Assembly: GCA_965203415.1 (NCBI GenBank)
Contig: CBDBCS010000006.1
Span: 1,502,531-1,566,530, forward strand
Length of the DNA stretch: 64,000 bases
Reading direction: 5' to 3'
Origin: Alphaproteobacteria bacterium
GTDB taxonomy: Bacteria; Pseudomonadota; Alphaproteobacteria; CBDBCS01
In this document: piece by piece, positions 38,406 through 46,698 of the stretch
Layout: each line of letters begins with the position of its first letter
How positions within the stretch are numbered: the first letter of the stretch is position 1
Notes under the pieces: model-generated
What the model saw: the letters and a program-made list of their open reading frames with translations, nothing else
Told to the model about the DNA's origin: nothing
The model's database searches: none
Translations under genes and position numbers: made by a program

Positions 38406-39097
38406 GACGAGGGCTCCTTTCGGCGGCACAGAAGCATGGAAAAATAGGGGGCCTCGAGCGGGGCCTCGTCCAGAGGACAAATATGTTCGCCAGGGAGGGT
38501 GATACGCTCTAGATAGAGCGTCCGAAAGGCCGTTTCATACGTGGCCAGGAGGTCTCGAAGGCGGGGCAGATGCCGGCCAAGCTTGAGAATCACCAGCGCC
38601 TCATTCTGTTCCAGAGCCCGCGCCAAATGGGCATCCGAAAGCGAAGCCGGCACAATCGCCAGCCGGTCCTGATGGCCGACAAGCGGAAAAAAACCCAGGC
38701 AGGGTGCCGCCGTGATAGAGGAAACGCCCGGTACAATCGTCACAGGAAAACGCCCCATAAAACGCTGGAACAAATACTGAAAAGACCCGTGCAATAGAGC
38801 ATCCCCAACGCATCCCACAAAGACCTTTTTGCCGGCAGCCAGAGGCGGCGTGAGCATTCTTTCGGCCTCTTCATACGTCGGGTCCTCGCGGCGGAGCCGG
38901 TCCGTCCAATGAAAACGCATCACATAGGTCTGAACCCCAGGACGAGGTTTCAAATGCGGGCTCGCAATCTGATGCGCCAATGAAGGGCCCTCTGGGGGGG
39001 CAGGCCAGACAAGCCAGTCCGCCGCCTGTAAGAGCTCACAGGCGCGCACCGTGACAAGTCCCGGGTCCCCGGGTCCTAGGCCGACACCATAGAGCAT
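38402..39097 (-). CDS. cobI: precorrin-2 C20-methyltransferase
   Basis: MLYGVGLGPGDPGLVTVRA...GDALLHGSF is the tetrapyrrole methylase pattern. It sits between cobL and the cbiG/cobJ fusion. Confidence 0.8.
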   Translation of the reverse strand: MLYGVGLGPGDPGLVTVRACELLQAADWLVWPAPPEGPSLAHQIASPHLKPRPGVQTYVMRFHWTDRLRREDPTYEEAERMLTPPLAAGKKVFVGCVGDALLHGSFQYLFQRFMGRFPVTIVPGVSSITAAPCLGFFPLVGHQDRLAIVPASLSDAHLARALEQNEALVILKLGRHLPRLRDLLATYETAFRTLYLERITLPGEHICPLDEAPLEAPYFSMLLCRRKEPSS

Positions 39098-40374
39098 GGC
39101 TTGTCTCGATTCTGTTTCTTTTCAAGAACAAAGTGGGAAAGCGGCAGGCGCGGCCGCCAGGTTGTATGCGTGTCACTCAGAGCCTCGGCGTGCAGAGTCT
39201 GGAGACGCGTGAGCTCCCCGCCCCAGCACCGATAGGCCGCTTGAAGGCAGGCTTCGCCCTCCAAAGTGACGGCGTGCGCGACCAGACGCCCGCCTTCCCG
39301 GAGCAACGCATGCGCACGCTGGAGCCTCTCCATGGAAAGCCCGCCGCCTATAAAAACAGCGTCGGGCGTCCCGCCAGGCCGGGCGCCGGGTTTGTCGCCG
39401 GTTGTGTCCCAGGCTTCCTCATAAGAGGCGTGCCGGATCTCCACCCGCCGGCTCGAGTCTACCCCCGCCAGCTTCGAGACATTCCGCCGGCATAGAGCCA
39501 CACGCCGAGCATTGTGCTCAAAAGCCAGGACGCGGCCGCCGAGTCGAGCCCACTCGACCGAGACCCCGCCGCACCCCGCCCCAAGGTCATAGAGCAAAGC
39601 TCCCGGATACGGATTGAGTCCCGCCAGAGCCAATAAACGCCCCGCCCGTCGCGTGAGTTGCCCGTCGTGTTCAAAGCTCGAATCGGCGAGGCCAAATCGA
39701 GGCTCGAAGGCACCGGAAACGGTCAGCTGCACGGCGCAAAGATGCAGCGTGCCTGTCAAAACGCTGTCGGACGGATACCCGCCCGCTTGGCCCAGAATCT
39801 GCGTCTGTTGAGGCGTCCCGAGATCGCTCAAGACGGCGAAAAAAGCGTCCGCCTGCCCCTGGTCTCGGAGATAACGCGCCAAAAGCCCCGGGCTGGTCCG
39901 GTCGCGGCACAGCACCAGCCAGCGGGCTCGCGCATAGAGATAAGGCCGAAAAGCTTCGGGGGACTCTTCTAGGAGACTCAAGTGTTCGCACGCAAGCGGG
40001 TCCCACATCAGAAACGCACACGCCAATTGAAAGGCGCCTGGGGCTGGCAGAATTCTGAACGGCGCATGCCAGGCCTGGGTTTCAGAACAATAGGCGGCCG
40101 GAAAATGAGCCGCTAAAGCCCGACCTAAACCAAAAACCATCGGGTCGCCCGAAGCCAAAAGCGCAATCTTTTGCGCTTTGTTTTGACGCAGATAAGGCAC
40201 GAGATGCGCCATAAGCGGTTTTGTATAGACGCTTGCGCGCGCTCGAAGGGCTGGTTCTAAAAACTGGAGATGACGTTCGGCACCCCATATGTGCTCGGCT
40301 TGGTGCAGGAACGCGAGGCCCTCGGACGGCATCGTCCCGTCCGCCTGCACGCCGATGAGATACCAGTTGGCCAC
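39076..40374 (-). CDS. cobL: precorrin-6Y C5,15-methyltransferase (decarboxylating), CbiE/CbiT fusion
   Basis: The N-terminal half is methylase-like (LLASGDPMVFGLG). The C-terminal half has the SAM-binding motif LYDLGAGCGGVSVEW. Confidence 0.8.
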   Translation of the reverse strand: MANWYLIGVQADGTMPSEGLAFLHQAEHIWGAERHLQFLEPALRARASVYTKPLMAHLVPYLRQNKAQKIALLASGDPMVFGLGRALAAHFPAAYCSETQAWHAPFRILPAPGAFQLACAFLMWDPLACEHLSLLEESPEAFRPYLYARARWLVLCRDRTSPGLLARYLRDQGQADAFFAVLSDLGTPQQTQILGQAGGYPSDSVLTGTLHLCAVQLTVSGAFEPRFGLADSSFEHDGQLTRRAGRLLALAGLNPYPGALLYDLGAGCGGVSVEWARLGGRVLAFEHNARRVALCRRNVSKLAGVDSSRRVEIRHASYEEAWDTTGDKPGARPGGTPDAVFIGGGLSMERLQRAHALLREGGRLVAHAVTLEGEACLQAAYRCWGGELTRLQTLHAEALSDTHTTWRPRLPLSHFVLEKKQNRDKPCSMVSA

Positions 40375-40395
40375 GGTGCGCTCAAAGACCGGGTC

Positions 40396-41385
40396 TCAGC
40401 GCGTCGGCTGGGGCGGGTCTTGACGATAGTCGTAAAAACCGCGTCCCTTTTTCCGGCCGTACCATCCTGCCTCGACGTATTTTGTCAGGAGCGGACACGG
40501 CCGGTATTTGGGGTCTCCCAGTTCCTTGTGGAGGCTCTGCATGACGGCCAGGCATGTATCCAGACCGATGAAATCCGCCAAGGCTAGAGGCCCCATCGGA
40601 TGATGTGCTCCCAGTCGAAGAGCCTCGTCAATGGAGGCCACCGTCCCGACGCCCTCGTAAAGCGTATAGACGGCCTCATTAATCATCGGGAGTAAAATTC
40701 GATTGACAATAAAAGCCGGGAAATCGGCCGCAACGGCGACCGTCTTGCCTAACGTCGAGGCAAACCCGCAGACCGTCTCGAAAGTTGCTTGCGAGGTCGC
40801 CAGGCCTCGGATGACCTCGACCAGTTTCATTTTGGCGACGGGGTTCATGAAATGCAACCCGATGAAGCGTTCGGGACAAGAGCTCGCCGCTCCCAGACGC
40901 GTGACGGAAATCGACGACGTATTGGTCGCCAGAACCGCAGACGGTTTGACGGTCGGGCCTAGACGACGCCATAGAGCTTGTTTCTCGGCCTCGTTTTCGG
41001 GGATGGCTTCGATGATTAAATCGGCCTGACGGCCTATTTCTGCCAGCTCGTGTTCCCAGCGGAATCGAGAAAAAAGCCGGGCCTGGTCCGCCGCCGAGAG
41101 CCGGTTGCTCGTCGCAAAACGTGTCGCTTGTGCCTCGAGGTGTCTTTGAGCCCTCGTGCGGGCACCCGTTTCATCGCCCGGTTCATAGAGGCGTACCTCG
41201 AATCCGTGGCGGGCACACAAGAGGGCAATGCCGCTCCCCATTTGGCCGACGCCCAGAACACCGACGGTTTGGATCCGGTCTTGGATTGGGGTCTCGACGA
41301 GGCTGCCCTCGCCGGACGAGGTGGACGCGGCGGCCTGGTCCTGTGTTTTCATGGGTTTTATAGGTTTTATGGGCTTCTTATCCAT
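40396..41385 (-). CDS. hbd: 3-hydroxybutyryl-CoA / 3-hydroxyacyl-CoA dehydrogenase
   Basis: It has the NAD fold VGVLGVGQMGSGIA, the motifs TNTSSISVT and HFMNPV, and a C-terminal GRKKGRGFYDY. Confidence 0.85.
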   Translation of the reverse strand: MDKKPIKPIKPMKTQDQAAASTSSGEGSLVETPIQDRIQTVGVLGVGQMGSGIALLCARHGFEVRLYEPGDETGARTRAQRHLEAQATRFATSNRLSAADQARLFSRFRWEHELAEIGRQADLIIEAIPENEAEKQALWRRLGPTVKPSAVLATNTSSISVTRLGAASSCPERFIGLHFMNPVAKMKLVEVIRGLATSQATFETVCGFASTLGKTVAVAADFPAFIVNRILLPMINEAVYTLYEGVGTVASIDEALRLGAHHPMGPLALADFIGLDTCLAVMQSLHKELGDPKYRPCPLLTKYVEAGWYGRKKGRGFYDYRQDPPQPTR

Positions 41386-41510
41386 TTTTCATTTCATCGC
41401 CGGGGCCGCCAGAGGCCTACGGTCTAGCAACCCAATCTAGCAAAGGACAGACCGCTTGCCAAGAATGACGGCTCACGGTTTCTCCGGTTCCCCCGGTTTA
41501 TCCGGGGCGT

Positions 41511-42896
41511 TCAAGGAGCCCGCTCCAGAATTTTGGCAAGAGTCTCAAAATTGCCCGCCGCATCGGCGCGTTCATCGGGGCTCTGTTCGATAAATTTCTC
41601 GAGAGCCGGCTGATAGTGAATAGCTTTATCGATGGCGGGGTCCGACCCCTGCCTGTAGGCTCCCAGCTGTATGAGTTCGCGCATGCGCTCATAGGTCGCC
41701 ATGAGACTCAAGGCTCGGGCCAGCAGGTGGTTTTCGCGCTCGTGATTGCAGCGCGGCAGCGCCCTCGAGACCGACTTGAGAATATCAATCGCCGGGAAAC
41801 GACGGCGTTGCGCGATTTCTCTGGAAAGCATGATATGCCCGTCGAGGATGCCTCGCACCGCGTCCGAGATGGGTTCATTTTCGTCATCGCCCTCCACGAG
41901 GACCGTGAAGAGAGCCGTAATGTCGCCTTGCGTGCTTTTCTCCATGCCTGGCCCCGCCCGCTCGAGCAGATTGGGCAGAAGGGCGAATACCGTCGGCGTA
42001 TAGCCTCTGGAACTGGGCGGCTCGCCCGCCGAGAGCCCAATCTCGCGCTGAGCCATGGCAAAACGCGTCAGCGAGTCCATCAGCAAAAGGACGCTGGCTC
42101 CCTGGTCTCGGAAGTATTCGGCGACCGTCATCGCGGTGGTCGCCGCCAAACGCCGGGTGAGAGCCATTTCCTCGGCGGTCGAGACAATCGCAACGGTTCG
42201 TTTTTTGCCCGCTTCGCCCAGATGGACGTCCAGGAATTCTCGGACTTCGCGGCCGCGTTCTCCGATGAGCCCTAGGACGATGATATCGGCTCGGGCGAAT
42301 CGAGCAATCTGGCCGAGTAAAATGGACTTGCCGACCCCGCTGCCCGAGAAAATGCCCATGCGTTGGCCTCGGCAACACGGCGTGAACGTATCCAGAGCCC
42401 GAATCGAAAGCGGGAGTTTCGGCCCAAGAGGCCGCCTCTTTGCCGCCGCCGGTGGGGAAGACGCCAACACATAGTCTCTGGGGCCGTAAAGCAACGGCGG
42501 CCCGCCGTCTATTGCGCCTCCGAAGGCGTTGAGAACCCGCCCCAGCCACGTGGGATGCGGCCTCAAAGCAGGCGTGTGACGCTGGAGCGTCACACGCATC
42601 CCAGGCCCCACCCCGCCGAGGGGGCCATAGGGCAAAGCGAAAGCCGCCTCGTGTTCGATGGCGACGACCTCCAGGGCGAGGGGCGGGGCAGGCACCGAGG
42701 GTGCCGAGGGTGCTGAGGGCACCGGGGGCACCGAAGACCCCGGAGACCTGTGAGCGACGCATCGGTCTCCCAGACACACGAGAGGCGTTAGGCCTCGAAT
42801 TTCGACTGTATTGCCGCGCACGCCGGCCACCGACCCCACGATTTGGTGGGTTGGGATTTCCTCGATTTTGGCGCTTACAATATCAAAGAGACTCAT
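41511..42896 (-). CDS. fliI: flagellar/type III secretion export ATPase FliI/YscN family
   Basis: It has Walker A GIFSGSGVGKSILLG, Walker B VLLLMDSLTRFA and the motifs PPSRGYTPTVF and AIDILKSVSR. No other flagellar gene lies in the window. Confidence 0.85.
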   Translation of the reverse strand: MSLFDIVSAKIEEIPTHQIVGSVAGVRGNTVEIRGLTPLVCLGDRCVAHRSPGSSVPPVPSAPSAPSVPAPPLALEVVAIEHEAAFALPYGPLGGVGPGMRVTLQRHTPALRPHPTWLGRVLNAFGGAIDGGPPLLYGPRDYVLASSPPAAAKRRPLGPKLPLSIRALDTFTPCCRGQRMGIFSGSGVGKSILLGQIARFARADIIVLGLIGERGREVREFLDVHLGEAGKKRTVAIVSTAEEMALTRRLAATTAMTVAEYFRDQGASVLLLMDSLTRFAMAQREIGLSAGEPPSSRGYTPTVFALLPNLLERAGPGMEKSTQGDITALFTVLVEGDDENEPISDAVRGILDGHIMLSREIAQRRRFPAIDILKSVSRALPRCNHERENHLLARALSLMATYERMRELIQLGAYRQGSDPAIDKAIHYQPALEKFIEQSPDERADAAGNFETLAKILERAP

Positions 42897-43012
42897 TCAA
42901 AAAAACCTCAATCCGGCCCGGCCCGGGCAATTCCGGGAGGAGCGGCCGCCTCCCCGCCCTGGCTCCCTCCGTCAGTCCGACACGATTCGATACGATTCGA
43001 CACACTATCAAC

Positions 43013-43730
43013 ACAGACCAGGCAAGACAGGCCAGACAGGCCAGGCCAGACAGGCCAGGCCAGACAGGCCAGGCAAGACAGGCCAGGCAAGACAGGCCAG
43101 GCAAGACAGGCCAGGCAAGACAGGCAAGACAGGCCAGGCAAGACAGGCCAGGCAAGACAGGCCAGGTCAAGACAGGCCAGGTCAAGACAGGCCAGGTCAA
43201 GACAGGCCAGGTCAAGACAGGCCAGGTCAAGACAGGCCAGGTCAAGACAGCCCAGGTCAAGACAGGCCAGGTCAAGACAGCCCAGGCAAGACAGTCCAGG
43301 CAAGACAGCCCAGGTCAAGATAGCCCAGGCAAGACAGCCCAGGTCAAGACAGCCCAGGCAAGACAGGCCAGGCAAGACAGTCCAGGTCAAGACAGTCCAG
43401 GTCAAGACAGCCCAGGCAAGACAGGCCAGGCAAGACAGCCCAGGCAAGACAGCCCAGGTCAAGACAGCCCAGGCAAGACAGTCCAGGCAAGACAGCCCAG
43501 GTCAAGACAGGCCAGGCAAGACAGTCCAGGCAAGACAGCCCAGGTCAAGACAGCCCAGGCAAGACAGCCCAGGTCAAGACAGCCAGGCAAGACAGCCCAG
43601 GCAAGACAGCCCAGGCAAGACATGCCAGGCAAGACATGCCAGGCAAGACAGCCCAGGTCAAGACAGACCAGGCAAGACAGGCCAGGCAACACAGGCCAGG
43701 TCAAGACAGACCAGGTCAACACAGCCCAGC
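43013..43730. repeat. minisatellite array 1, about 49 units of GACAG[G/C/T]CCAGG(T)CAA (14 or 15 bp)
   Basis: Read directly from the sequence. Runs of the 14-mer GACAGGCCAGGCAA and the 15-mer GACAGGCCAGGTCAA are interleaved with single-base variants. Confidence 0.95.
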
Positions 43731-43772
43731 CCGAGTCGGCAGTCTGGCACAAGCGCGCTCGAAAAGCCACCC

Positions 43773-44137
43773 GGCTCCATCTACCTGGCTCCATCTACCT
43801 GGCTCCATCTCCCCGTCTCCATCTCCCCGTCTCCATCTACCTGGTTCCATCTACCTGGCTCCATCTACCCGGCTCCATCTACCTGGCTCCATCTACCCGG
43901 CTCCATCTACCTGGCTCCATCTACCCGGCTCCATCTACCTGGCTCCATCTACCTGGCTCCATCTACCCGGCTCCATCTACCTGGCTCCATCTACCTGGCT
44001 CCATCTAGCCGTCTCCATCTAGCCGTCTCCATCTAGCCGTCTCCATCTCCCCGTCTCCATCTCCCCGTCTCCATCTCCCCGTCTCCATCTATCCGGCTCC
44101 ATCTACCCGTCTCCATCTACCCGGCAAATCTACCCGG
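43773..44137. repeat. minisatellite array 2, about 26 units of 14 bp G[G/T]CTCCATCT[A/C][C/G]C[C/T]
   Basis: Read directly from the sequence. The unit variants are GGCTCCATCTACCT, GGCTCCATCTACCC, GTCTCCATCTCCCC and GTCTCCATCTAGCC. The array ends about 80 bp before the argB ATG. Confidence 0.95.
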
Positions 44138-44216
44138 CCAAAGCCCTCCTGTCCGGGTGGTTTCTCTGTCCCCGCTTGCCAGGCCCGAGACGGCCGTGCT
44201 ATGGGTGTTGGCTCGT

Positions 44217-45098
44217 ATGGCACGGACTCAACAACATTTGCGCTGGCTTGCGCGCGCGGGTCTCTTGAAAGAGATCCTGCCTTATATGCAGCGGCATAAG
44301 GGCCGTGTGGTCGTCGTCAAATACGGCGGAGCCGCCCTTAAAGAGGATGCGCTCGCCAATCATTTCGCGAGCGACATTGCGCTCTTGCATCAAGTCGGCA
44401 TCCGTCCCATCATCGTTCACGGCGGGGGGCCTCAAGTGACGGCTTTTTTGGAGCGTCTCACGATTGACTCGCACAAAATAGACGGCTTGCGCGCCACCAG
44501 TTCCGAGGCCATTCCCGTCGTTGAAATGGTGCTCTCGGGCCAGGTGAATCGCACCATTGTGACGGCGATCAATCAGGCGGGTGGCCAGGCCGTGGGGCTT
44601 TCGGGTCGCGATGGGAATTTAGCTCTGGCTCGTCCGCTCCGCAAGACGGCTCAGGGTCGAGCCATCGATCTGGGATTCGTCGGCGAGATCGATTCTGTAG
44701 AAACGGCTTTTTTGCAGCATCTCGTTCAGGCGGGTTATATCCCTGTTTTGGCGCCTCTGGCGCCCGATACGGCCGGGCGAGTCTATAACGTGAACGCCGA
44801 CGAAATGGCCCAAGCCGTCAGCTGCGCGATGAAGGCCGACCGACTCATTGTGCTCACCGACGTAGAGGGCGTGCTCGACGAAAGCGGCAAAATTCTGTTA
44901 GAGTTATCGCTCCAAGACTGTCGGAATTTGATAAACAGCGGCGTGGTTTCAGGTGGCATGCTCCCGAAGCTCCACACGTGCATGGCGGCGGTGGCCGCAG
45001 GCACCGGCGGAGCCGTGATTCTAGACGGGCGCGTGCAGCATTCTCTTTTGCTGGAGCTTTTCACGGACCTCGGTGCGGGCACGCTCATCCACGCCTAG
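44217..45098 (+). CDS. argB: acetylglutamate kinase
   Basis: VVVVKYGGAAL...IRPIIVHGGGPQV...YNVNADEMA are classic ArgB motifs. I chose the ATG at 44217. The ORF is open from a GTG at 44157. Confidence 0.9.
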   Translation: MARTQQHLRWLARAGLLKEILPYMQRHKGRVVVVKYGGAALKEDALANHFASDIALLHQVGIRPIIVHGGGPQVTAFLERLTIDSHKIDGLRATSSEAIPVVEMVLSGQVNRTIVTAINQAGGQAVGLSGRDGNLALARPLRKTAQGRAIDLGFVGEIDSVETAFLQHLVQAGYIPVLAPLAPDTAGRVYNVNADEMAQAVSCAMKADRLIVLTDVEGVLDESGKILLELSLQDCRNLINSGVVSGGMLPKLHTCMAAVAAGTGGAVILDGRVQHSLLLELFTDLGAGTLIHA

Positions 45099-45117
45099 GC
45101 CGGGCTCGACGGATTTT

Positions 45118-46698
45118 ATGCCGATTATTCTGCCCGTCGACCAAATGCAGGAGGCCGACCAGCGCGCGATTCGCGCCGGCACAAGCGGTATCGTGCTGAT
45201 GGCTCGAGCGGGGGTGCATGTCGGCCAGCATGCGGCAGAGATGCTCGCCGGTTGCGACCCGACGGTTGCGCCCGTTTTAGTCCTCTGCGGCCCGGGCAAA
45301 AACGGAGGCGATGGGTTCGTCGCCGCCCGCTGGCTTCAGGAACACCGTTTTCCCGTTCGAGTCGCCTTTCTGGGCGTGCCGGAGGCCCTCGTGGGGGAGA
45401 CGGCGCATCATGCGTCGCTCTGGCGTGGGCCGACGGTGCCTCTGACGTTGGATGGCGTGCGTTTTTCGCGCACCGAGGCCCCGTCTTCCGACGGTTGGGC
45501 TCTTGTGATAGACGCTCTTTTTGGCATCGGGCTGACGCGGCCGCTTGGGACGCACGTTCAGACCGTCCTCGATAGCCTGAGCGACCATCGGGTTTTGGCC
45601 GTGGACCTCCCGAGCGGGGTGCGCGGCGACGACGGGCAACTCGAGGGCCGCCCGCTCCAGGCCGAGCGGACGGTCACCTTTGTGCGCCATAAACCGGGGC
45701 ATATTTTTCCGCCAGGCCGCGAGCTGTGTGGCTCGATTCGCCTGGTCGACATCGGCATAGAGGCCCGGCATCTCGAGGCTCTGCCGGATGTGGTTTACGT
45801 CAACCAGCCCCCCGTGGTCCGCCTGCCCGCATGGGACGACCACAAATACCGCCGAGGTATCGCCAGCTTTGTCCTAGGACGCTACCCGGGCGCGAGCCTG
45901 CTGGCCGCTCGAGCCTGCGCAAATGCAGGGTGTGGCCTCGTTCGTCTCTACGGAACCCCAGACCAGGCGGTGCTGGCGCATCTAGGGGCTCCTTTTGCAA
46001 CCTTTGAAACGCTGGAAACGCTTTGGAAGACGGACGCCCGGGCGTCCTTGTCGTCTTCTCCGCCCAGTGTTTATCGAGAGGCCCTCGTGCTGGGGAGCGG
46101 CTGGGATGCCGCCCCGTTTCTGCCCGAGATGGTGGCTCGGCTTCTTCGCACGAACCGGACGTGCATTTTGGACGGCGGCGTCTTTCACGCCTTTAGCGGG
46201 CGTTGGGCCGAGCTCGCCGAGCTCTGTGCGGCCGCGGCGCGGCCGGTGATTCTGACCCCGCACGCCGGTGAGTTCGCTCGACTGACAGGCGAGACGCAAA
46301 AAGGCGACCTTTTGGCTCTGGCGCGTCTTTGGTCCGGGAAACTGAAGGCGATTTTAGTCCTCAAAGGCGCGGTTCCGATTATTGCGCACCCTGGCGGGCG
46401 GCTGATCGTCCAGCTGGAGGCGCCTCCGCGTTTGGCTCAGGGAGGCTCGGGCGATCTATTGACGGGCCTCATTGCCTCGCGGCTGCTGGACGCCCCGGAG
46501 GATGCGGCGGGCCTGGCTGGAACAACCTTGGCTGGGACATGCGGCGGCGTCTGGCTGCATAACGAGGCGGCACGCTTGATGCCGCCGTGGCTTCATGTGG
46601 CTCATTTGCCGGATTATGTGCCTCAAGCTCTGTCTCGAGCCACGGCGGAGGCCGCCCCGCCCCCTGCCTCATCTCCCGGGGCCCCCGTGGCACGATGA
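45118..46698 (+). CDS. nnr: bifunctional NAD(P)H-hydrate epimerase / ADP-dependent dehydratase
   Basis: The N-terminal YjeF_N part reads MPIILPVDQMQEADQ...VLCGPGKNGGDGFV. The C-terminal carbohydrate-kinase-like part reads HKYRRG...GSGDLLTG. Confidence 0.85.
   Translation: MPIILPVDQMQEADQRAIRAGTSGIVLMARAGVHVGQHAAEMLAGCDPTVAPVLVLCGPGKNGGDGFVAARWLQEHRFPVRVAFLGVPEALVGETAHHASLWRGPTVPLTLDGVRFSRTEAPSSDGWALVIDALFGIGLTRPLGTHVQTVLDSLSDHRVLAVDLPSGVRGDDGQLEGRPLQAERTVTFVRHKPGHIFPPGRELCGSIRLVDIGIEARHLEALPDVVYVNQPPVVRLPAWDDHKYRRGIASFVLGRYPGASLLAARACANAGCGLVRLYGTPDQAVLAHLGAPFATFETLETLWKTDARASLSSSPPSVYREALVLGSGWDAAPFLPEMVARLLRTNRTCILDGGVFHAFSGRWAELAELCAAAARPVILTPHAGEFARLTGETQKGDLLALARLWSGKLKAILVLKGAVPIIAHPGGRLIVQLEAPPRLAQGGSGDLLTGLIASRLLDAPEDAAGLAGTTLAGTCGGVWLHNEAARLMPPWLHVAHLPDYVPQALSRATAEAAPPPASSPGAPVAR

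Noticed and set aside
40375-40395. Cobalamin riboswitch upstream of cobL
   Set aside because: Only 21 bp separate hbd from cobL, which is too short for a riboswitch. The 125 bp upstream of hbd shows only a TCTAGCAA direct repeat.
42701-44036. ORFs of about 400 aa (42701-44008, 42843-44036 and their antisense partners) spanning the two minisatellites
   Set aside because: The repeat period is 14 bp (15 bp in places), so the reading frame rotates through the unit. These are stop-free artefacts of the repeat, not genes.
43013-44137. CRISPR array interpretation of the fliI-argB repeats
   Set aside because: There are no unique spacers. The units are contiguous 14-15 bp head-to-tail copies, far shorter than CRISPR repeats, and no cas genes or leader are nearby.
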